From Flavobacterium sp. (GTDB taxonomy: Bacteria; Bacteroidota; Bacteroidia; Flavobacteriales; Flavobacteriaceae), in NCBI GenBank assembly GCA_040396655.1, contig JBEBOB010000006.1:12899-76898 (forward strand): a stretch of DNA of 64,000 bases, in the 5' to 3' direction. The notes under the pieces are model-generated. The model saw only the letters and a list, made by a program, of their open reading frames with translations, was not told the DNA's origin and ran no database searches. Of the stretch, positions 41,578 through 48,840 are shown piece by piece (within the stretch, counting starts at the first letter, position 1; each line of letters begins with the position of its first letter). Made by a program: the position numbers and the translations under genes.

Positions 41578-41673
41578 TAGGGCAAATATACTTATTTTAG
41601 AAATACAAGCACGCTCCTTATCTAAAAAAGGAGGAAATCAGGGTGAAGATAGTTGGCTGAACATGATGTTCCA

Positions 41674-44490
41674 TCAGCTTCCGAATCTTTTAATCTGGAT
41701 TGTTTTCTGCCTTACCTGGATGATGAATGCCGGCAGGCGGGTCATTTTACCAGATTCAACACGCACTTCTGATACGGGATTTTCACAGAACGTATTTTCT
41801 GCCAAAGAGGTTTCAGCGAGCACAACCTGGTACGTTCCCGTTGGAAGGAATGCGGTAAAATGACCTTCATCGGTTGTCGCTACTTTCTGGATGACTTTCC
41901 CGTTTTGCAGAATATTCAGGACGAGGCCTCCGAGTTTAGGTTCAAAATCAAGCACGCGTTTCTCGTCATATTCATAAGTTACCGAACCGTTTACAGAACC
42001 ATTCTGGTGTAACGGGATGTCGATACTGGTGCGGTAATCGGATACGTTAAAAGCATTCACTGCAGGATACCATCCCTTTTGAACAAGTGTCTGTATGGTA
42101 TAATCTCCAAACGGCACCGATCGGTAAAACAGCTGGCCTTTATCGTCTGTTTTAAAAGATGTGTTGTTGAGTATCGTCATATAATCAGTTGCCAGTTCGT
42201 CTCCTTCATCCCATATGCTGTTTGCATTCTTGTCATAGAAAACGCGGGCACTTACCCGGCTTTTCTTTCCGGCAGATGGGGTTCTGCGGTCAAAATTGAA
42301 ACGGATTCCTGCTTCGATTGTCAGTAGATGGCTGGGGTAAGCATAAGCTAAAGTGCGGTCTGTATCGTATTTGTACCACGAAGTATTGAGGTAGCACTGC
42401 CACGTTTGGTTGGGTGAATAGCTGGTATTGAAGAAAAGTGATGGTGTACTTCCTATCATAGGGTCGTCCATATACGAAACTCCGGAGTTCAGCATCAGTT
42501 TTTCAGCAAAAAACTGTTTCTGGAATGATGCCGATGCCATAAGGCGGTAAAAGCTGTTATCGGGTGATGTCCTGTAATAAGAAAGGTATTCCGAAAGGTA
42601 ATAGCTGCCCTTCTGGTATGAAATGCTGGAATTGAATGCTTTATACGAATAATTTGCCTGTGCTTTTCCCTGGAATGCCATTTTTTTCTGCAATGGGTAC
42701 TTCGCAAGGCCGTTTTCAAATTCCAGATGAATAAAGTGCAGCTGGTTTGGACTTGCCCAGTTAAAATGCTCGGTAAGCCTGTGGGCGTAAAGTTTTGGCA
42801 AATAAGAAGCATCCAGGCCTACAATACCGTTATAATTTGAAGAAGCTTCGTTTTGAAACTGGTAGCCGATACCCATTCCCAATTCCTGGAAGGGTTTCCA
42901 GCGGTACATAAATTCCGCACGGGAACTGGCCGATTTTGACTGCATGAAGTAAACAGGTGATTTCGGTGCAAAGCGCGAATAAAAATAGGAAGCCGTTAAG
43001 GATCCGGTTTCTCCTATTTCCCTGTTGATGCTTTGTTGTAGCTGTGTAACGCCGCGGCGGTTTCCGGGAAAAAAGTAACTGCTTACGAAATAATTTCCAA
43101 AAAGCTTATAAGCACCCAAAACCCCGTTATACTGGGTTTCAAGGGCATAGGATGCTTTGTTTGACGAAAGTCCGTCATAACTGCTCAAAGCACCATGTAT
43201 TTTGGTATTCAGGCGCCATTTCGCTGTAAATTCCCTGGTCATTTCACCGCTGACCATCTGATGTTTCGCTGATTCAAACGGATCTTCCCTGAAAAGGTAG
43301 GTACCCGCAAAATTTTTCGAATAATTCGATCCGCCCAGTATACCGTGTGCATAAAAACCGTAACCGTTTTTAAGAAAGCCGTTCTGCTGTATAAGGTTAA
43401 ACTGCTGATCAATAAAACCTACCTCAACCGATTTGTCCTTCCTGCCGTCCCCAGTAAGGATCGACATTCCGCGCCCCAGCAGTGACATTTCGAACGGTTT
43501 GCTTAAGTTTCCTACGACAAGCTGGTTGTTGTTAAGGGTATACGAAAGTGAAGTATTGTTTAAAACATACTGGTTGTCGTTGCTGCTTTTATAGGCTATA
43601 CCACGCAGCGAAAGATACCCGGCAGGAAGGTCGATATCGGCGGCACCTTGCAGTTGTGCTATTCCGGTGTCCTCTCCTATCTGACGGTAGCTGGCGGTCA
43701 CGGTATTTTTTTGACGGAAGTTACTCCAAACCGTATTCTGCGAATGAACGAACTGTTGGGATGAAGCCACGTTCTGTACCACGATGTTGAGGTTTCCGAA
43801 CAATTCCTTTTCCGCACCGCGCAGGCCTGTAATCTGTATATTGAACTGTTGCAGCTGTAACAGCCTGCGGTTAGGCATAAAGGTAAAAACAAAGGTAGAA
43901 TCACGTTGTACCTGTATATTGCCTTTAAGTTCAAAAAAGTTTGTTTCCCCAACAAGTTCCGGGATTTTTACCACGAGCGTAACGTCCTGCGACCTGTTTC
44001 CAAGATTGCTTACCTGCGTTTTTATGCGAAGAGAATCATTGGGGTTACTCAGATAAATCATCGAAAGGTCGGTGTACATCTTAAGCTGGTTGTTTTCTTC
44101 AACCTGGCGTTCCATGTTTTGGCGCGACACCACTTCGTTCCGACCGTTAACGATGCTGAAAGAAAGAGTGTTCATACCTGCTTCCGCCTCTTTCTGTATC
44201 CATATTTTCACGGGGATGAATTGCTGCTCGCCGGGTTTTAGTTCCACATCTATTGAGGTTCCCGATATGCTCCGCATCCCCTGGGGAACGGATATGAGGA
44301 TTTTTCCGCTGAATACCTTAGATTCAGCATTTTTTACCGATAAGGTTACATCAAGCAAATCCGTTTTTCCGGCATTTATTTCGCTGTTTGCTTCCAATTG
44401 AATACCGCCTGTATCTTGTGCCATACAGCTATATGCAATGAAGACAAACCAAAAAATAAACAATATTTTCCGGAAACTGGAATTTCTCAT
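41674..44490 (-). CDS. Large outer-membrane protein, putative pilus usher
   Basis: Signal peptide ending CMA-Q; N-terminal Ig-like domains (VELKPGEQQFIPV, VSNLGNRSQDVTL); long amphipathic beta-strand region ending IEAGIRFNF; C-terminal SdrD-B/CarboxypepD-like domains (VFYDKNANSIWDEGDE, KTDDKGQL, TTDEGHF). Confidence 0.55.
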   Translation of the reverse strand: MRNSSFRKILFIFWFVFIAYSCMAQDTGGIQLEANSEINAGKTDLLDVTLSVKNAESKVFSGKILISVPQGMRSISGTSIDVELKPGEQQFIPVKIWIQKEAEAGMNTLSFSIVNGRNEVVSRQNMERQVEENNQLKMYTDLSMIYLSNPNDSLRIKTQVSNLGNRSQDVTLVVKIPELVGETNFFELKGNIQVQRDSTFVFTFMPNRRLLQLQQFNIQITGLRGAEKELFGNLNIVVQNVASSQQFVHSQNTVWSNFRQKNTVTASYRQIGEDTGIAQLQGAADIDLPAGYLSLRGIAYKSSNDNQYVLNNTSLSYTLNNNQLVVGNLSKPFEMSLLGRGMSILTGDGRKDKSVEVGFIDQQFNLIQQNGFLKNGYGFYAHGILGGSNYSKNFAGTYLFREDPFESAKHQMVSGEMTREFTAKWRLNTKIHGALSSYDGLSSNKASYALETQYNGVLGAYKLFGNYFVSSYFFPGNRRGVTQLQQSINREIGETGSLTASYFYSRFAPKSPVYFMQSKSASSRAEFMYRWKPFQELGMGIGYQFQNEASSNYNGIVGLDASYLPKLYAHRLTEHFNWASPNQLHFIHLEFENGLAKYPLQKKMAFQGKAQANYSYKAFNSSISYQKGSYYLSEYLSYYRTSPDNSFYRLMASASFQKQFFAEKLMLNSGVSYMDDPMIGSTPSLFFNTSYSPNQTWQCYLNTSWYKYDTDRTLAYAYPSHLLTIEAGIRFNFDRRTPSAGKKSRVSARVFYDKNANSIWDEGDELATDYMTILNNTSFKTDDKGQLFYRSVPFGDYTIQTLVQKGWYPAVNAFNVSDYRTSIDIPLHQNGSVNGSVTYEYDEKRVLDFEPKLGGLVLNILQNGKVIQKVATTDEGHFTAFLPTGTYQVVLAETSLAENTFCENPVSEVRVESGKMTRLPAFIIQVRQKTIQIKRFGS

Positions 44491-44504
44491 GGATGCAGGT
44501 CTCT

Positions 44505-45530
44505 TTATTGAGGTGTTATTTCATATTGCAAAACGGTGGAATATTCTTCCATTTTTGCCTGTAAAAGTGTGATATCGTTAGGTTGGGTTGCATATTTTAT
44601 GTCATAATATGCCATTTTCCCCTGTGTAGAAGTTCCGTTTGCAATCTTCTGCATTCCGGCACTCAATACAATGGGAAATACCGTAGCGGTGGCTCCTGTT
44701 GAAGGGACCAGCGACATATGTACCGTCTGCAACGGCAGGGTATTGCCGTTTTGCGATGTGAAGGTACCGTATATCGATTTTACCTTCAACTGGTAATCCG
44801 TACTGGATTGTGCAATAAGGCCGTTGGGAACGATGATCTGTGCGCCCTGAACATAGTCGGTCTGGTTTGTAAGGTTAAGCAGCGTGTTTTTCGCGTGGGC
44901 TGCCACCTTAAGCGAGATCTGGTTGGTCACCGGTGGGGTTCCCGACAAATTCCCTATCTGTAATGTGTAGCGTTGCTCGCTGGTGCCTAATACGGTATTG
45001 TTCTGGTCGTAAAAACGGAATTCAAGAACCATTGTAAAATTTGACCAGGTCGTAAACGAACCAAGGTACGCCCCTCCTTCTACTTTGAGGTTAAAAGGCA
45101 TAAGCAGGTTAAAGTACGCATTATTGCTTTTAGGGTTGTTATACAGGGCAGCTTGCGACTGCGGAACAAGGAATACTTCCTGTGAAGTATTCAGTATTAC
45201 CTGTCCCGGCATCCCTATCTGTACAACAGTAGGCGGGCCGTTCGGATTAAACTCCCCGGAAGTCGCCGTAGGAAGCAGGCTTATTTTGTCTGCAGGAAAA
45301 ATCTGGCTGCCATTGCTTATGGGTTGCTTTAAACGAACCGAAATACGCCATGTAGGCATCTGGATAAACCCGTTCCCGTCAATCTTTAAAGTATAGGCGT
45401 CGTTTGATAAATTGCCGCTGTAGGAATCAATCTGCAGGTAATTGTTGCTCCAGGCAGAAAAACGGGCTTGCTGGGCATGAGAAAGTACCGAAAAGCAGAT
45501 GCAGAAAATAAGATATAAATGCTTATTCAT
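44505..45530 (-). CDS. Two-domain secreted protein, putative tip adhesin
   Basis: Signal peptide ending SHA-Q; C-terminal half homologous to the 180-aa protein (DYVQG, LIAQSSTDYQLKVKS, YSTVLQYEITPQ). Confidence 0.55.
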   Translation of the reverse strand: MNKHLYLIFCICFSVLSHAQQARFSAWSNNYLQIDSYSGNLSNDAYTLKIDGNGFIQMPTWRISVRLKQPISNGSQIFPADKISLLPTATSGEFNPNGPPTVVQIGMPGQVILNTSQEVFLVPQSQAALYNNPKSNNAYFNLLMPFNLKVEGGAYLGSFTTWSNFTMVLEFRFYDQNNTVLGTSEQRYTLQIGNLSGTPPVTNQISLKVAAHAKNTLLNLTNQTDYVQGAQIIVPNGLIAQSSTDYQLKVKSIYGTFTSQNGNTLPLQTVHMSLVPSTGATATVFPIVLSAGMQKIANGTSTQGKMAYYDIKYATQPNDITLLQAKMEEYSTVLQYEITPQ

Positions 45531-46320
45531 AAGTAAATTTTAATTCAGCCATTTCAAGTGAACGCTCATCTCCGTAATCTATCAGTATCGTACCAATATA
45601 TTTCACTCCCTTTTCGAGTGTCTTTGGAAGTGCAAATACCATAGACCTGCTGTTGCCCGGTAAACTGTAAAATACCGTTGTGCTTGTATGCTCTTTTTTT
45701 CCTGTCTGGGGATTCAGTACATCGAGAAATATTTTTCCGTCGGTCCACACGTTCCCAAGGTTTTCAAATAACAGCCCGATATCGTGCGTATCTTTATTAA
45801 AGACCGCATCCTTAATTTCGATTTTTCGTTTTTTAATCCCGGGATTTTTATGAAAAAGCTTGATACCCGAACGTACGCTTACCTTGATATTAGAGCCTTT
45901 GGCATCCATGTCATCAATAGGGTTCATCTGGGTTACATACAGCATGGCCGTATGTACGCTCAATGTATCGCCGGGAATATTAGGAGCGGTAAGCGTGACT
46001 TCCAATTCCTTTTTTTCACCGGGTTTTAACGAAAAATAACTGTCTTCCTTTTTAATGGTCACCCATGAAGCACACGAAACCGGAAGGGTTTGCGCCTCGT
46101 GCATAATGTTTTCACCATAACGGTCGTATTCCCAGTCTCCAAGGCTCACGGCAAGATCCAGTGAATTGGAAGCACTTACGTTTGTAACCATGACCTTCTG
46201 AGTGGTACTCTGGCCGCTGCCGTTTTCAAAATAAAGCCTTGGGGGCGATACAGATACACCGGTTTGTGCCCAGCCGGCAAGTTGGAAAAGGACAAAACAA
46301 AGGAAACAGATGTTTTTCAT
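45523..46320 (-). CDS. PapD/DUF916-like periplasmic chaperone
   Basis: Signal peptide ending GWA-Q; GVSVSPPRLYF, SWVTI, FSLKPGEKKELEVTL, AMLYVTQ, IKVSVRSGIKL; two Ig-like halves. Confidence 0.65.
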   Translation of the reverse strand: MKNICFLCFVLFQLAGWAQTGVSVSPPRLYFENGSGQSTTQKVMVTNVSASNSLDLAVSLGDWEYDRYGENIMHEAQTLPVSCASWVTIKKEDSYFSLKPGEKKELEVTLTAPNIPGDTLSVHTAMLYVTQMNPIDDMDAKGSNIKVSVRSGIKLFHKNPGIKKRKIEIKDAVFNKDTHDIGLLFENLGNVWTDGKIFLDVLNPQTGKKEHTSTTVFYSLPGNSRSMVFALPKTLEKGVKYIGTILIDYGDERSLEMAELKFTYE

Positions 46321-46342
46321 TTCAGACAGTTTTAAAAAGTAT

Positions 46343-46374
46343 AAAAAAAGTGTTACGGTATTACGGTAACACTT
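46343..46374 (-). terminator. Intrinsic terminator between the major pilin and chaperone genes
   Basis: Minus strand AAGTGTTAC-cgtaatacc-GTAACACTT followed by a T run. Confidence 0.7.
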
Positions 46375-46396
46375 ATAAATTTAAACATAATTTTAA

Positions 46397-46939
46397 TTAC
46401 TGTGCTACGATCGTATAAGTAACCTGAGTTGTATAAACAGTAGGATTTTGACCTGCTACGTAGTTGTTAAGGTAAGTGTCAGCACCTGCTCCTTTATAAG
46501 AAACAGATATTTTTTTATCAACACCCCCTGTAGTTGCAGAAACGATAAGCTTATCATCACCAGTTAATAGCTGCGGAGTATATACACCGTTTATTACGGG
46601 CTCAGTACCTGCTTCGGCGATAATGTTGATTGAATTTGAAGCGATAGTTCCGTTAGAACCGGCGGCTGCATTTTGCAGGTTGGCAGAAGCGCTTTTTACC
46701 TTTACCTGGAAACCTCCTGTGCTGTAAACCGTTAGGTGGTCAGGATTTGGAACTGTTACACCTTGAGCATAATCGCTTTTGCTTACGTAATCGATATTAA
46801 CGATTTTTTGTGCAGGGTTTACTACAAGGGTTTGGATCGGGTTTAAGCGAACATTCAATGTTACGTTCTCAGAGTTAGTTTGTGCGAACGACGATAATCC
46901 CATTAACAATGCAAATGCTGCCAAAATTTGTTTTTTCAT
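46397..46939 (-). CDS. Putative major pilin subunit
   Basis: Signal peptide ending SFA-Q; N-terminal alternating NVTLNVRLNPIQTL; C-terminal YTTQVTYTIVAQ; no Cys; Gly/Ala/Asn/Thr-rich beta protein. Confidence 0.6.
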   Translation of the reverse strand: MKKQILAAFALLMGLSSFAQTNSENVTLNVRLNPIQTLVVNPAQKIVNIDYVSKSDYAQGVTVPNPDHLTVYSTGGFQVKVKSASANLQNAAAGSNGTIASNSINIIAEAGTEPVINGVYTPQLLTGDDKLIVSATTGGVDKKISVSYKGAGADTYLNNYVAGQNPTVYTTQVTYTIVAQ

Positions 46940-46985
46940 CTTTTCTTAATTTTTTCTTATTGTTTGTTGTGTAAGTTTGCCGGAG

Positions 46986-46993
46986 CAAAGGTA
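46986..46993 (-). promoter_or_regulatory. Bacteroidota -7 promoter of the major pilin gene
   Basis: TACCTTTG on the minus strand, 46 nt upstream of the ATG. Confidence 0.65.
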
Positions 46994-47210
46994 TGTTGTT
47001 GTTGCCGTTTCGACCTTGTAAAAAAAGGAATAAAAACTGTTATTTTTTGAAATTCAGCTGTTTATCGTTTTTTTTACTTTTCGAAATCGGATGCAAAATT
47101 AGGGTGTGTTTTTTGAACCCTTCTTGTGAAAAAATGTAATTATTTGGTAGAATTATGCATTTGAACCGTTTTAACAATTTATAAAGAATTGTAGTGGTGA
47201 CACGCATTTG

Positions 47211-47618
47211 CTAATGAGAAACTATGGTATAAACATAGTGGGGTACTTCTTTGTCGTTAAATGATGTAGAAGGTGTTTTTTGGTAATTTTCAGCAGAAAC
47301 AGTATGAATGCTCTGCTGCGTCCCGCTGTTGGTGGAAACGATTTTCTGAATGTCTGCTTCAGATGTACCTGAAGTTTCTGAAGTATTCCGGTGTTTTTTT
47401 TCACTTTCGGTTCTTTCTCTGTGAAGGCGAACCGTATACCCGTAGGTACTGGTTATCTGTAAATTGTTTATGCGGGGAATTTCTTTTTCAGTGCTGTTCT
47501 GTACAGACAGAAGCTGTACGGGTTCCAGTCTTACGTTTAGTTGAACAGATGCCGTATTTTGTGCCTTTAAACCGGACAAACCTCCTATTAAGAAAAATAA
47601 ACAAAAACGGACAAGCAT
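47211..47618 (-). CDS. Putative minor pilin (paralog of the 180-aa protein)
   Basis: Signal peptide ending LKA-Q; SVQLNVRLEPVQLL, LQITSTYGYTVRL, HYVYTIVSH. Confidence 0.55.
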   Translation of the reverse strand: MLVRFCLFFLIGGLSGLKAQNTASVQLNVRLEPVQLLSVQNSTEKEIPRINNLQITSTYGYTVRLHRERTESEKKHRNTSETSGTSEADIQKIVSTNSGTQQSIHTVSAENYQKTPSTSFNDKEVPHYVYTIVSH

Positions 47619-47679
47619 AAAGAAAAATACTGTTGTTTATACTTGTCCTAAATTAAGAAAAAAAAGAATAAAAAGCACT

Positions 47680-48534
47680 TTAATTATGCAGCATTTTCAA
47701 TTCTTTCGGATTTTTTCCTGAATGTTTTTTTATGAGTTTGCTGAAGTTTGCTTCATCGTTGAATCCCAGGTGATAAGATACTTCGGCTATGGTAACATCG
47801 CTGTTTTGCAGCAGCCGTTTGGTTTCGTGTACAATTTTATCCAGGATTACCTGTTTGGCCGTTTTTCCAAGGGTTACTTCGCAAATCTCGGTAAGCTTGC
47901 GCGGAGTTAAATGCAGCAGGCGTGCATAGAACTGTACCGTTTTTTCACTGATGAAGTTCTTGTGAAGCTGTAGTTTAAACTTATTGACCGTCTTAAGATA
48001 GGAAAAATCCTTAAGTTTGATGAAAGGGTCGTCTTCCAGAGCCAGCAAACCATCAAGAACCAGTGATTCAATGCAGTTATGGGCAAATGGGATATACAGG
48101 TTCGGACTGCGTTTTTCATAAACCTTAAGTCGTTTTATCACATGTTTCTTGAAATCGGCCAGACTGATTTGCGTATCGATGATGTGAAGGTCCTTGGAAC
48201 AGTCGAAGAATAAAGTGGAATTAAGCAGGTAGGAATCCTTTGCCGATTTTTCGTAAAAGAAAGAGGAAAACGTAATCACATAAACATATTCAGAATCGGG
48301 ATTAATGAACTTAATAAAGGTTTCCTGACCAATAAAAACCAGTTTCTGAGCCGGAATCGTGTAAAGGTTACCCTCTACTTCCAGCTGGGTTTCCCTGAAT
48401 ATTTTAAGTATGACGAAATATTCCATGGTAGAACTGTAAAAGCGCCCCTCATTCTTTCTGGTCAGATCCTTAAGGGAATTGATACTGAAGCCGTCCTGAA
48501 TAAATTCTTCTGTAAGTTTTGCATTTTGTTTCAT
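47680..48534 (-). CDS. AraC-family transcriptional regulator
   Basis: KTVQFYARLLHLTPRKLTEIC, IAEVSYHLGFNDEANFSKLIKKHSGKNP. Confidence 0.92.
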   Translation of the reverse strand: MKQNAKLTEEFIQDGFSINSLKDLTRKNEGRFYSSTMEYFVILKIFRETQLEVEGNLYTIPAQKLVFIGQETFIKFINPDSEYVYVITFSSFFYEKSAKDSYLLNSTLFFDCSKDLHIIDTQISLADFKKHVIKRLKVYEKRSPNLYIPFAHNCIESLVLDGLLALEDDPFIKLKDFSYLKTVNKFKLQLHKNFISEKTVQFYARLLHLTPRKLTEICEVTLGKTAKQVILDKIVHETKRLLQNSDVTIAEVSYHLGFNDEANFSKLIKKHSGKNPKELKMLHN

Positions 48535-48791
48535 GTCTTATGTTGTTTACACAATTATAGTAAATATTGACAAAAAAATGAAATGTGTAGTGTTAAGGAA
48601 TTTTATTAAGGTTAAATAATCCTTAATGCTTCTTAAAATAGTGATGAATGTACATTTCAAACCAAAATTACTTAATCATTCAATAACAATTACTTCAGGA
48701 CAATGTGCATAATGATAGCCGCTGGTAAAAAGCGTATTACGATCATAAGAAAAATTTTAGTTGCAGATGAAAAAAAAAATAACATTATAAT

Positions 48792-48823
48792 TTATTTAGA
48801 ATAAATAAAAATAAATACATTTG
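48792..48823 (+). promoter_or_regulatory. Fur-box-like element and -7 promoter of the first TonB receptor
   Basis: TTATTTAGAATAAATAAAAATAA (48792-48814) next to TACATTTG (48816-48823). Confidence 0.55.
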
Positions 48824-48840
48824 CCAAAATTTTTAACAAA

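Noticed and set aside
46940-47210. Invertible (phase-variable) promoter for the pilin gene
   Set aside because: No inverted repeats flanking the promoter and no recombinase nearby.
44505-47618. Type V pilus or T9SS cargo interpretation of the pilin-like genes
   Set aside because: No lipobox Cys after the signal peptides and no recognisable T9SS CTD; the chaperone-like and usher-like neighbours fit better.
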